From Candidatus Gottesmanbacteria bacterium (lineage in GTDB: Bacteria > Patescibacteriota > Microgenomatia > JAMCYU01), in the NCBI GenBank assembly GCA_043801155.1, contig JAZDMI010000021.1:2683-66682 (forward strand): 64,000 nucleotides of DNA, read 5' to 3'. The position numbers and the translations under genes were made by a program. Each line of letters starts with the position of its first letter. Position 1 is the first letter of the stretch. Shown piece by piece: positions 44,583 to 54,482 of the stretch. The notes below the pieces were generated by a model. The model saw only the letters and a list, made by a program, of their open reading frames with translations. It did not search any database and was not told the origin of the DNA.

Positions 44583-45520
44583 GAGGTTAACAACTCTTTT
44601 AATTTTTTTATACTTTTATCATCAAGGATAGAAATCGGCAGAACCTGGCCGAATTTTTGTAACATCTTTCGTTTTTCTTTTAACTCTTCTTTGGCGACTA
44701 AATCAGATTTGGTTAATAAAATTATTTCCGATTTTTGGATTAAAAGGGGATTGAATTTTTGCAGTTCCTGACGGACGGTTTGGTAATCATTTAAAACATT
44801 TTTTGATTCTACCGATACACAATGCAGAATTAAGTTTACCTTTTCAATATGTTTAAGAAAACTTATTCCTAAACCTTTTCCTAAAGAAGCACCTTCAATA
44901 AGACCGGGGATATCGGCAATAATTTTTTTAGCCATGACTCCCAGATTGGGTTCGATCGTCGTAAATGGGTAGTCGGCGACTTTAACATTGGCGCAGGTGA
45001 GTTCATTTAAAAGGCTGCTTTTGCCGGCGTTTGGCAGACCGATTAAGCCATAGTCAGCGATTAATTTTAAGACTATTTTAAGATTTTTTTGTTGTCCGGG
45101 TTCTCCGGCTTCGGCTTTTAAAGGAGTGGTATTAGTCGGTGAAGTCAGATCATGAGTGCCTTGGCCGCCCTTTCCACCTTTACAGATTAAAACCTTCTGT
45201 TCGATATTGCTTAATTCAATGGCTTCGTTAGTTTCCTGATCAGTAATAATACTTCCCTGAGGCAAGGCAATGGTAATATCTTTTCCGTTTCTACCTGTTT
45301 TATTAAATTTTCCGCCATTTTGTCCGTCTTCGGCTCTTCTGGTTTTTTTGCCCATAAATTGATTAAGAGATGTCAAATCAGAAGTGACTGTCAGATAAAT
45401 ATTCCCGCCTTTTCCGCCGTTGCCGCCGTCAGGACCGGTTCTTTCTCCGGGGTAAAATGAGACTTTACCCGCGCCGCCACTGCCGGCCGTAAAAATTACT
45501 TCGACTTCATCAACAAACAT
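44579..45520 (-). CDS. obg: GTPase Obg (short form lacking a C-terminal domain)
   Basis: MFVDEVEV..GGAGKVSF, Gly-rich Obg fold, GLPNAGKSSLL, DIPGLIEGA. Confidence 0.9.
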   Translation of the reverse strand: MFVDEVEVIFTAGSGGAGKVSFYPGERTGPDGGNGGKGGNIYLTVTSDLTSLNQFMGKKTRRAEDGQNGGKFNKTGRNGKDITIALPQGSIITDQETNEAIELSNIEQKVLICKGGKGGQGTHDLTSPTNTTPLKAEAGEPGQQKNLKIVLKLIADYGLIGLPNAGKSSLLNELTCANVKVADYPFTTIEPNLGVMAKKIIADIPGLIEGASLGKGLGISFLKHIEKVNLILHCVSVESKNVLNDYQTVRQELQKFNPLLIQKSEIILLTKSDLVAKEELKEKRKMLQKFGQVLPISILDDKSIKKLKELLTS

Positions 45521-45548
45521 AAAATCATTATATCATCTAGACAAATTT

Positions 45549-45577
45549 TTGCTTTATTTAACCATTAATGATATAAT
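45549..45577 (+). promoter_or_regulatory. sigma70-like promoter ~265 nt upstream of the DEAD-box helicase
   Basis: TTGCTT-N17-TATAAT, followed by the 5' hairpin CAATCTA/TAGATTG (45579-45598). Confidence 0.45.
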
Positions 45578-45841
45578 ACAATCTAACTTGGTAGATTGAA
45601 TTTATCAATCTGCTTAAATTAAAGGTTATTTTAAGTTAATAAGATATATAAATCCTCACTTACTACGTATTTAATGATTTTTATGTCTTCGCAATTTATA
45701 ATGCGTAATTATAAAGACGGGAATAAATAAAAGATATTCCAAATTCTATTTATTTTAGCAATATCTTTTCTCCGCTATTTAAAACAAATCTTTTTTTATT
45801 TAGGCAGCTTCATTATTTTAATCCAGCCAATTTTTAAATCT

Positions 45842-47029
45842 ATGTATAGACAGTTTAATCAAAGAAACCGGGGAAGGAATAATTTTAACCGCGTTAGTAG
45901 CGGTCGTTCCCGTTTTGGGAAAAAAATTGTTTCTTTTGACCCCACAAATTTCATTAATACTGTCCCTGTGGAAAATAAAATCGAGGAATTTACCGTTACC
46001 CATACTTTTGCTGATTTTAAAATCAGGGAGGAAATAAAAGTCAATATTGACCAAAGGGGATATAAAATTCCTACTCCCATTCAGGACAAAGCAATTCCGG
46101 TAATTCTTGAGGGCCGGGATTTAATCGGTATTGCCAATACCGGCACCGGCAAAACCGCCGCTTTTTTAATCCCGCTTATCAATAAAATATTAAATGACCG
46201 CAGTCAGAGAGTTTTAATAATCACTCCGACCCGCGAGCTGGCCGCCCAAATAAGGGACGAGTTGTTCGCTTTTGCCAGAGGTTTGAACGTTTTTGGCGCT
46301 CTTTGCATTGGCGGGGCCAATATAAATAGGCAAATAAACGATATCAGAAGAAATCCCCAGTTTGTCATCGGTACTCCGGGAAGAATTCAGGATCTTATTA
46401 ATTCCCGGAATCTAAATCTGTCTAATTTTAATTCGGTGGTGCTTGATGAGGCAGACCGGATGGTCGATATCGGTTTTCTACCAAATATCAGGTATATTAT
46501 TGGTTTTCTTCCTAAAAATCGTCAGTCACTTTTTTTCTCGGCCACCATTGACGGAAAAGTCAAAGAAGTACTCAATAATTTTGTGCAAAATCCGGTTACT
46601 GTTTCGGTTAAAACCGGCGAAACCACCCAAAATATTAAACAAGATATTATTAAAATAGGCAATTCCACCAAAATTGACGAGCTCCATAATCTACTTATAC
46701 AAGATGAGTATGAGAAGGTCCTTATTTTTGCCAGGACAAAACGAGGGGTGCAAAAACTTTATGAAGAACTGCTGGAGCGTGGTTTTAAGGTCGACGCCAT
46801 TCATGGTAATAAGAGACAGGGCCAAAGGATAAAAGCTTTGGAGAAATTTAAAACCAGCTCAATTCAAATTCTTATTGCGACTGATCTTGCCTCAAGGGGT
46901 TTGGACATACCCGATGTTACACATGTTATCAACTACGACTTACCGGAATGTTTAGATGCCTATATTCACCGAATCGGTAGAACCGGAAGGATGGATAAAA
47001 AAGGTATTGCCTTAACTTTTGTTTCTTAA
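45842..47029 (+). CDS. DEAD-box ATP-dependent RNA helicase
   Basis: Q motif PTPIQ, ANTGTGKTAAF, VLDEADRM, SAT, HRIGRTGR. Confidence 0.9.
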   Translation: MYRQFNQRNRGRNNFNRVSSGRSRFGKKIVSFDPTNFINTVPVENKIEEFTVTHTFADFKIREEIKVNIDQRGYKIPTPIQDKAIPVILEGRDLIGIANTGTGKTAAFLIPLINKILNDRSQRVLIITPTRELAAQIRDELFAFARGLNVFGALCIGGANINRQINDIRRNPQFVIGTPGRIQDLINSRNLNLSNFNSVVLDEADRMVDIGFLPNIRYIIGFLPKNRQSLFFSATIDGKVKEVLNNFVQNPVTVSVKTGETTQNIKQDIIKIGNSTKIDELHNLLIQDEYEKVLIFARTKRGVQKLYEELLERGFKVDAIHGNKRQGQRIKALEKFKTSSIQILIATDLASRGLDIPDVTHVINYDLPECLDAYIHRIGRTGRMDKKGIALTFVS

Positions 47030-47121
47030 GCTTCTTCTCAGCTTTCTTTATTATGATTAATTAAAACCGCAACCCGCAATACGCCTAAATTAAACTGTAA
47101 TTATCTACCCTGATACATTTA

Positions 47122-47147
47122 TATATGATATATTAATATATCATATA
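47122..47147. repeat. perfect 26-bp palindrome
   Basis: TATATGATATATTAATATATCATATA is its own reverse complement. Confidence 0.9.
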
Positions 47148-47278
47148 GATCTGGAACAACCGCGTACGTTAGACTATATCTGGCAAGATTCGGCAGGATA
47201 TGGTAGTATCTGCTAGTCTATGACTAATCCCGTCGGTTACCGAATTACTACAAAACCAGATAACCTTCCTGCTGAAAA

Positions 47279-48886
47279 TTGATGCCAAAAGAATTAGATA
47301 AGAAATCCCTAATTAAAGTTAAATTTGTTACTATCGAAGACTCAATCGTCAGCATTGGTTTTCGGCGGGTTGCCGCGGTAGCCAGAAAATTAAACCCTGA
47401 TACCGAAATCTATTTTATAACTCCGGGAAATGTGTATTCACTGCTGACTTATCTTTTTCCACTGCGAAAAACCAGTATTACCGACAAAGATTGTCAAAGA
47501 ATTGCCCGAGAACTAGCCAAGGCTGATCTTCTTTGTTTTTCCTCAATGACACCGTCATATCCTTATGTTGAAAAAATTACCCATCTGGTAAAAAAAATTA
47601 ATCCAAAAATATTTATTCTCTGCGGAGGAACCCATTGTATTCTTTATCCCGAGGAAGCGATTTGTCATGTAGATGCTATCTGTACTTGGGAAGGCGAGAA
47701 ATCTTTTAGAGAATTTTATCAAGCTTTTGCACATAACAAATCTTATCTGCGGACAAAAAATATGTGGTTTAACGTCAACGGTAAAATAATTAAAAATCCA
47801 TACCGGCCTCTTAATAGTTCCCGGGAATTAGATAATTTTCCTCATTTATTTAATGATTATGATTGCCAAATTTATGATTTTAAACCGGCGAAGTTTCGCC
47901 GATTCACCCAAAATGATTTCTTCAAATATAATGGGCTGGCTTATAAAATAATTTGGACAATCGGTTGTCCATTTTCCTGTTTTTACTGCGCTAATGATAA
48001 GTTTATCAGTATCGATAAAAATTATCGCTTAATAAGACATTCTTCAGTTGAATTTATTATTAAAGAAATCGAGGAAGCCATAAAAATATTTCCTTTTATC
48101 TCAACGATAGTTTTTTATGATGATAGTTTTATGGCTGTTGATCAAGATTCCTTAATAGCTTTTGCTAAAGAATATAAAAAAAGAATTAATCTGCCGTTTG
48201 TGGTTTTCGGCATGCATCCGAATACGATTACCCGGGAAAAAATTGCCATATTAGCCGAAGCCGGGATGAACCGGACGAGAATGGGGATCCAAAGCGGCAG
48301 CGAAAAAATACTCTCTTTTTATCGCCGGCCGACGTCTCTTAGTAATATAATCAAATCAGCTAAAATTTTAGCCAGGGCAGCGAAAAAATACAAAATGATT
48401 CCTCCTTCATATGATATTATTTCTGACAATCCAATGGCGACGAGAAAAGACATTGTTAATTCACTTAAATTGATCTACCGTTTAGAGCGGCCCTATACCC
48501 TTAATGTTTTTGCCTTGCGGATTATTCGCAATACCCCGCTTTATAATTATTTTCACCAGCATCTTTCGTTGGATATTGAGGCTTTATCGGCTTATCAACT
48601 GGAATTAAAAAAGACCATTGATAATATCCTTTTATACATATTGGCAATTTTTAAGCCGCCAAAACTGATTTTTAATTGGTTTTTAAAATATGTTAAAGGT
48701 TATCATGAAAAGCAAACTTCTTACCCGGTTATTTACTGGATGATTAAATCGATATATCTTTTCTCTCGCGGTTTATCACACTTGAAACACCTGGATTTTT
48801 CCAATATCGGTGGTTCCGAAGGCTATTATCTCTGGAAATTAGGTTTAATTAGATCCAAGTTTCGGACTCAAGCAAAACTAGGGTAA
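47279..48886 (+). CDS. B12-binding domain-containing radical SAM protein
   Basis: N-terminal B12-binding-like domain and GCPFSCFYC (CxxxCxxC). Confidence 0.7.
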   Translation: MMPKELDKKSLIKVKFVTIEDSIVSIGFRRVAAVARKLNPDTEIYFITPGNVYSLLTYLFPLRKTSITDKDCQRIARELAKADLLCFSSMTPSYPYVEKITHLVKKINPKIFILCGGTHCILYPEEAICHVDAICTWEGEKSFREFYQAFAHNKSYLRTKNMWFNVNGKIIKNPYRPLNSSRELDNFPHLFNDYDCQIYDFKPAKFRRFTQNDFFKYNGLAYKIIWTIGCPFSCFYCANDKFISIDKNYRLIRHSSVEFIIKEIEEAIKIFPFISTIVFYDDSFMAVDQDSLIAFAKEYKKRINLPFVVFGMHPNTITREKIAILAEAGMNRTRMGIQSGSEKILSFYRRPTSLSNIIKSAKILARAAKKYKMIPPSYDIISDNPMATRKDIVNSLKLIYRLERPYTLNVFALRIIRNTPLYNYFHQHLSLDIEALSAYQLELKKTIDNILLYILAIFKPPKLIFNWFLKYVKGYHEKQTSYPVIYWMIKSIYLFSRGLSHLKHLDFSNIGGSEGYYLWKLGLIRSKFRTQAKLG

Positions 48887-48919
48887 TATAACATTTTTTG
48901 ATAAAATACTTATATAATT

Positions 48920-50308
48920 ATGTTTAGAATATTTCTTTTTATCCTTGGATCAATTTTTGCCATTACTGTTTTTACCCTTATCCAAAAGTCAGCTTTTGAA
49001 CCAATTATTCCTAAAGAAATTATGAATAGAGTTAACAGTAATCAGTCAAAAACCATTGTCTTTGGGGTGGGAGTTATGATCCAGCAAGGAAAATTATTAT
49101 GTAATCCAGCTCAAGAATATGGATCACATTTTAATTGGTTAACCCTTTCTTGGCAAAGAATTCAGCCACGACAGGATAAATGGTCTTGGACTCAATTTGA
49201 CAGTTGGGTTGATGGATACCGCAATTGTGGTCAGGAAGTAGCGGTGCATATTTTATCTGATGCTTCCTGGGCAGTTGGTCAATTACCGGAAAATATCCGG
49301 GCGATGCCGCCGAAAGACTTAAATCAATATTATACTTTTGTTTACGAAGTAGCCAAACATTATCAAGGCAAAATTAGCCGTTATGCCATCGAAAATGAAG
49401 CCCATGCCCCGGAAAATTGGGGAGGAACGGCTGAACAATACATTGCCGAGCTGCAAACTGCATATAAAGCTATTCATGCGGCTGATCCCAATGCTATCGT
49501 TACCGATGCCGGTATGTCCCATATGGGGTTGGGTTATCTAACGGCAAACTGGTTAATCTCACAAGGGAAAAGCCAACAGGCTCTGAATTTTGCTAACTCA
49601 TATGCGGCTCATCTTTATCGGGGTAATAAACCACCGTATTTGAATAGTGTTGATGAGGTAAAACAGCTTTTAAGCACCCCTGGTGTACAAAAAACAATTA
49701 GCTGGTATAACTTGATCTTAGAAAACCATCAGTATTATGACCACTTACAAATTCATAATGGTGCCCCCTGGCAGGATTTACAGCTAGTATTAGATTATGT
49801 ACATACTAACCTTCAAGCTCAGGGTGATGACAAACCTTTAGAATTATGGGAAACATGGTATAGCTGGACGGGTGCTCCCGGTAATGGTTTTAATGAGACA
49901 GAACAAGCAAAAGAAATTATAAGGTTTATGGTTACTGCTTTTTCAGGCCAAACGATAGTCTATAATTATTGGTTATTTACTGATTATGCAATTGGCGAAG
50001 GCCATCCGGGATTGGTGGATAACCAAGGAAATCCGCGGCCAGCAGCTATTGCTTATAAAATAGCGTCAGAGAAACTAAATGGTTCTTCTTTTGTGTCCAG
50101 ACTAGATTTGGGGGGGAATATAAATGCTTACAAATTTATTAACCAAACCAAGGAAGTCTTTGTCGTTTGGTCTACCAATTCTTCCCCGGTAAATGTAAGA
50201 CTACCTATAAGTCAAGTAAAAATTACTGATATTCAAGGAAACGTAACCACCGCAGATAATAACCAGATTTTGATTAGTGATTCTCCTATATTTGTTGAAC
50301 GAAGATAA
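48920..50308 (+). CDS. secreted or anchored TIM-barrel glycoside-hydrolase-like protein (clan GH-A-like)
   Basis: N-terminal TM. IENEAHAPENW (acid/base NE) and LWETWYSW (nucleophile-like E). Confidence 0.4.
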   Translation: MFRIFLFILGSIFAITVFTLIQKSAFEPIIPKEIMNRVNSNQSKTIVFGVGVMIQQGKLLCNPAQEYGSHFNWLTLSWQRIQPRQDKWSWTQFDSWVDGYRNCGQEVAVHILSDASWAVGQLPENIRAMPPKDLNQYYTFVYEVAKHYQGKISRYAIENEAHAPENWGGTAEQYIAELQTAYKAIHAADPNAIVTDAGMSHMGLGYLTANWLISQGKSQQALNFANSYAAHLYRGNKPPYLNSVDEVKQLLSTPGVQKTISWYNLILENHQYYDHLQIHNGAPWQDLQLVLDYVHTNLQAQGDDKPLELWETWYSWTGAPGNGFNETEQAKEIIRFMVTAFSGQTIVYNYWLFTDYAIGEGHPGLVDNQGNPRPAAIAYKIASEKLNGSSFVSRLDLGGNINAYKFINQTKEVFVVWSTNSSPVNVRLPISQVKITDIQGNVTTADNNQILISDSPIFVERR

Positions 50309-50344
50309 AAACGCTGCTTAAGATATTTTTAATTTATAAAATAG

Positions 50345-50878
50345 TTACGAGGTTGGTTCGGGGGGTAAAAATTCCTCACCACTGGAATCTGAAGATGTAA
50401 CATATTCTCCCGGTTTAAGCCATTGGATATAAGTACAACCGGTAGCAACTCTTTTAGCGCTATCCCAACCGGCCGTCTCACACTTTTTCATTTTCTTGCC
50501 GTTAGCAGTAGTATAAAGAACTAATTTTTGCCCGCACTTTGGGCAATCCTCATCAAGTTTCTCGGTGGTACCATTTATCCACTCAATATAGTCGCAACCC
50601 TCGGCTTTTCTAGTTTCCTTATTCCAAACATTAGTTGAGCATTTTTTCATTTTCTTGCCAAACCGGGTAACTACCAAAAGAAGTGGAGAACCGCACTTCG
50701 GACATTTTTCCTCAAGAGTTTGCGGTTCTACCGCCAGCCACTTAACAAAAGTACACCCTTCATTTTGATGGGTTTCCTTATTCCAGCTGCCCTTTGAGCA
50801 ACGCTGAAGTTTTCTGCCGGTTGGTGTTTCAATAATATCGGTTAATTTGGCTCCGCATTTCGGGCATACATCATCCAT
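50345..50878 (-). CDS. protein made of three topoisomerase-type C4 zinc-ribbon repeats
   Basis: Three copies of CPKCG..L.......GKK(M/L)..C.....W.......GC.(Y/F)(I/V).W(L/I). Confidence 0.65.
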   Translation of the reverse strand: MDDVCPKCGAKLTDIIETPTGRKLQRCSKGSWNKETHQNEGCTFVKWLAVEPQTLEEKCPKCGSPLLLVVTRFGKKMKKCSTNVWNKETRKAEGCDYIEWINGTTEKLDEDCPKCGQKLVLYTTANGKKMKKCETAGWDSAKRVATGCTYIQWLKPGEYVTSSDSSGEEFLPPEPTS

Positions 50879-50973
50879 ATAGAAAATAGTATATCAGAAA
50901 AATTAAAAATAATCTTGAGCTATTTTGGAAAATTTTGCTTTTTATATTAAAACTTTACTATAATAAAGTTAAT

Positions 50974-51390
50974 ATGGTCGAAGGTGACAGAGATGTCCTT
51001 TCGAAAATAAAGACCAGAGTTAAACATATTGGTCAGGCTTTTTTACCTGATAAAGAGGAATTCATACCCTTATCTGATATTAATGCCGATACCGTATGCA
51101 AGACAATCCGGAAGTGTCTAGGCACGCCAATTCAAAAAAGGTTTATCGGAAATGCTTGGGCAAATCCTTTCTCGGTGGTTGATGTCCTTGTCCATATGGG
51201 TTATTTAGATCCCTGGGTGGAGTCTGATTATTTAGAGAAGTTTCCCGAAGAATATCGGGCAACCCGTAAAGCTCTGAATGACCTGGTTGCGAATAAGATA
51301 TTAAAGCCTGTACAATTAGAAGATAAAGATAGTCATCGCGAGGATTTATATTATCAAGTAGTAAATAGTCAAGATCTGCAAAATAATTAA
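50974..51390 (+). CDS. hypothetical protein
   Basis: TTGCTT-N18-TATAAT-N9-ATG. The ORF-track TTG start at 50935 is the -35 hexamer. Confidence 0.5.
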   Translation: MVEGDRDVLSKIKTRVKHIGQAFLPDKEEFIPLSDINADTVCKTIRKCLGTPIQKRFIGNAWANPFSVVDVLVHMGYLDPWVESDYLEKFPEEYRATRKALNDLVANKILKPVQLEDKDSHREDLYYQVVNSQDLQNN

Positions 51391-51404
51391 TCTATTAAAA
51401 ATTT

Positions 51405-52292
51405 ATGGATCAAGAAAACCAGACAACTATTAATTCTCAACCAGTACCAGTCGCCCCCCAACAAAAAACTAATTTATGGATGATTGTTTCGCTAGTTTTG
51501 ATTACCGCCATACTTGTTGGCGGAGGCGTATTTTTTTTGATGAACTCAACTAAAAAAGAACCAACCGGTTCTTTAAGCCAGGCTGAACCAAAAGCAACAT
51601 CCCTGCCAATTGTTTCTACTCAACCTACATTAACGCCGGTTGCGATTCCCAGTCTAATATCAATTGATAATACCTGGAATAAATATACCAATTCTGTCTT
51701 GGGTTTTTCTCATAAGGTTTTAAAAAATATGATTGAACCATACGGTCTTTGCCCCTTTAGCGATACTAATGGTGATCATTCATATCGGCCAAAACCAAGT
51801 AGCGTCCCGGTTAAGATTTTTGAAGAAGGAATAAATGTTTATATCGCCAGCGAATATTTTTATAAATTGACAGGAGAAACCAATGAAAATGGCAGGTCAT
51901 TTTTTTCTGGTTGCGATAAAATCACCAACTCGGTTAGTCTGATTAAAGATATGAAAAACTATTTTTCACCGGCCTGGAGAATCGTGGTTAAAAATATAGC
52001 CAATGATAGTGAGTTAGATCAATTTCTGAAAGACAGGTATGGTGTAGGTTGCAGCTTGGGCGAAAAAAAACCGGCTAAACAAAATGGGGTTTTTGATATT
52101 CATATCAAAGGAGATGGATTAGATTTAGGGGAAACCAAATGCCCGATAAATTATATAACTGTCGTTAAATACTATCCGGAAAAGCAAAAAGTGGCTGCTT
52201 GGGATATTGGTCAAAGTTGCAGTTTTACCACTGACTTAAATTATCAAAACTGTCTTGATCAGGAAATGACTGATAGTTTTACCTTCGAATAA
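51405..52292 (+). CDS. hypothetical membrane-anchored extracytoplasmic protein
   Basis: N-terminal TM (LWMIVSLVLITAILVGGGVFFL). 295 aa. Confidence 0.5.
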   Translation: MDQENQTTINSQPVPVAPQQKTNLWMIVSLVLITAILVGGGVFFLMNSTKKEPTGSLSQAEPKATSLPIVSTQPTLTPVAIPSLISIDNTWNKYTNSVLGFSHKVLKNMIEPYGLCPFSDTNGDHSYRPKPSSVPVKIFEEGINVYIASEYFYKLTGETNENGRSFFSGCDKITNSVSLIKDMKNYFSPAWRIVVKNIANDSELDQFLKDRYGVGCSLGEKKPAKQNGVFDIHIKGDGLDLGETKCPINYITVVKYYPEKQKVAAWDIGQSCSFTTDLNYQNCLDQEMTDSFTFE

Positions 52293-52318
52293 GGTATTTT
52301 TAAAGTAAAATCTTTAGA

Positions 52319-52696
52319 TTAATCTTCAAATTCTTCAGATTCTGGAGATTCTGAAAAGTGAAGTATCTGATTACATACCCTGACAAAATTAAGTTGCTCG
52401 TTTAGTTCTTCTTTATCATAACCATTACCAATACCGGTATGAATTTTGTGGATAAGATTCCATACCGAGGATTTTTGATAACCTCGTTGCAATAATTCAA
52501 GGTCATCTGATTTTGCTGTTCTACATAATACCCTAGATAGTGCATGCTCTACAGCTGTACTCGTATCAGGAATAACCCGCGAGCCTATAGCTTTTTGTTC
52601 TTTGGTAATAAATCGTTGAACAAATCCTTCGGCTTTTTCCCTTGAAAAATACGGGGTTCGATAATCAATTCCAAACTCTGCGCCCTTATTATTCAT
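52319..52696 (-). CDS. hypothetical protein
   Basis: 125-aa ORF with an acidic C-terminus. Confidence 0.45.
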   Translation of the reverse strand: MNNKGAEFGIDYRTPYFSREKAEGFVQRFITKEQKAIGSRVIPDTSTAVEHALSRVLCRTAKSDDLELLQRGYQKSSVWNLIHKIHTGIGNGYDKEELNEQLNFVRVCNQILHFSESPESEEFED

Positions 52697-52731
52697 ATAA
52701 ATATATATCCTATAATATTATGGTTAGATTG

Positions 52732-53760
52732 TCAAGAGGCGCTGATTTGCTCCTTAATGAAGTTACGTAGTTCCTGCCAGTCGTCGGATTTGGGAACAAG
52801 GATAAACTGGCCTTGGGAATTTTTCCCGGACTTTAAAATATTGGCATCTGACGGAACTATTTGGCTGATCTTATATTCACTTGGGTTAACAATTAAAGAA
52901 ATAATTGTCTTGGTAGTAGCTAAGTCCAAATCGGTTTTAACGAATTTAACTAAACTGTTAAAAATCTTATCCACGTTTTTTAGGGCATTTAATGTTAACA
53001 ACTTATCTTTAATACCGATTAAAATTGTTTGTTGTCTGGCTCCCCGGCCAAAATCCGAGCCATCCTGAGCCGAATGACGCGAGCGGGCATATTTTAAAGC
53101 CATAATTCCGTCAATATGCGTTTTACCGGTATCAAAGTGAAGATGTTCGTAGCGGCAGGTAAATTGTTTTTCCAATTCAAATCCGCTTAGGGTGGCCGAA
53201 AGATTAGCGACTTCTTCCGGTGATTTTCCACAGGTTTCCAGTTCCTTGCCGGCCACCGGATAAAAATAATCGTCAAACGTCTTGGCAATATTTATATCAA
53301 TTCCGCCCAGAGAGTCAATCAGGCGGATAAAGTTTGGGAAATCAACAACTATAGCTTGCCCGATTGATAATCCGGTAATTGAGCCAACCGTTTCTTTGGC
53401 TAACGCAAATCCGCCCTTAGAGTAGGCTTCATTAATTTTCATATTATTGACATACATATCGCGGGGAATAAAAATAAGCGCGGCTTTTTTATTAATAGTA
53501 TTTATATGAACAATCATCTCAGAATCAGCTAAGATACCACCTTCATGTCCGGCTCCGCCCTGACCTAAAAGCAAGATATTATATTCTCCTTGATTTGCAG
53601 GTTTGGGGGTTATATTAGAAACTGAATTAATGGTGGTAGTTTGCTCAAGCGGGCTGATTATCTTATTGGTTTTTCTTGAGAGTAAAAAGTATGTCAAAAC
53701 ACTAATAACTATTAGTACTAGGACTATTATCGGAATGATAATTAAAACTGGTTTCTTCAT
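52732..53760 (-). CDS. LytR-CpsA-Psr (LCP) family protein
   Basis: N-terminal TM. NILLLGQGGAGHEGG..ADSEMIVHIN. RSRH...DFGRGARQQ. Confidence 0.8.
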   Translation of the reverse strand: MKKPVLIIIPIIVLVLIVISVLTYFLLSRKTNKIISPLEQTTTINSVSNITPKPANQGEYNILLLGQGGAGHEGGILADSEMIVHINTINKKAALIFIPRDMYVNNMKINEAYSKGGFALAKETVGSITGLSIGQAIVVDFPNFIRLIDSLGGIDINIAKTFDDYFYPVAGKELETCGKSPEEVANLSATLSGFELEKQFTCRYEHLHFDTGKTHIDGIMALKYARSRHSAQDGSDFGRGARQQTILIGIKDKLLTLNALKNVDKIFNSLVKFVKTDLDLATTKTIISLIVNPSEYKISQIVPSDANILKSGKNSQGQFILVPKSDDWQELRNFIKEQISAS

Positions 53761-53843
53761 TTTAATATTATCGCATTATTATGATAAACTGCCAAGTGAA
53801 TAAATTATTGACTTAATATACATAAATCATTAAGATATTGCTG

Positions 53844-54440
53844 ATGAAAAAATATTCAATTTTTATAATTCTCGTTATTTTATTATTTGCTATAATACTA
53901 ATTAAGATGCAAAATTCAAATAATCAAAATAACCAACCTCCCATAGTAACACCAACCTCCGCACCGGAAAGCCTAAGCCCGACGAGTTCTGCGTCAGTCT
54001 CAGCATCTGCGGTGACAACTACGGAAACTCAAGCATTAATTAAAACCTCAAAAGGCGATATCAATCTAAGTTTATATCCGGACGCAGCGCCAAAAACAGT
54101 AGCCAATTTTATTAATAAAGCCAACAGCGGTGACTATAAAAATCTAACTTTCCACCGGGTTGAAGATTGGGTTATCCAGGGAGGCGATCCTTTAGGAAAT
54201 GGTACCGGCGGCGGAGAAATTGCTACCGAAATTAGTAATAAACCATTTGTCATTGGTTCTTTGGGAGTTGCCCGAGGGCAAGATATCAAAATCTCCAACG
54301 ACAGCCAGTTTTTTATTACCAAAACCGAGGCTTCGTGGCTAAACGGCCAATATACCAACTTCGGGCTGGTGATATCAGGAATGGAAGTAGTTAATCAAAT
54401 TCAAGTCGGCGACAAAATTTTAGACATTATTATTAAATAA
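53844..54440 (+). CDS. ppiB: cyclophilin-type peptidyl-prolyl cis-trans isomerase, membrane-anchored
   Basis: FHRVEDWVIQGGDPLGNGTGG, SQFFIT. Confidence 0.85.
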   Translation: MKKYSIFIILVILLFAIILIKMQNSNNQNNQPPIVTPTSAPESLSPTSSASVSASAVTTTETQALIKTSKGDINLSLYPDAAPKTVANFINKANSGDYKNLTFHRVEDWVIQGGDPLGNGTGGGEIATEISNKPFVIGSLGVARGQDIKISNDSQFFITKTEASWLNGQYTNFGLVISGMEVVNQIQVGDKILDIIIK

Positions 54441-54482
54441 GAAAAATCTTTTTTCTTACCTCATTGTAGTATAATCTAGTGC

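Noticed and set aside
47150-47278. Cobalamin riboswitch upstream of the B12-binding radical SAM gene
   Set aside because: I could not find a B12-box-like core or the expected GC-rich multi-stem junction. I keep only the palindrome observation.
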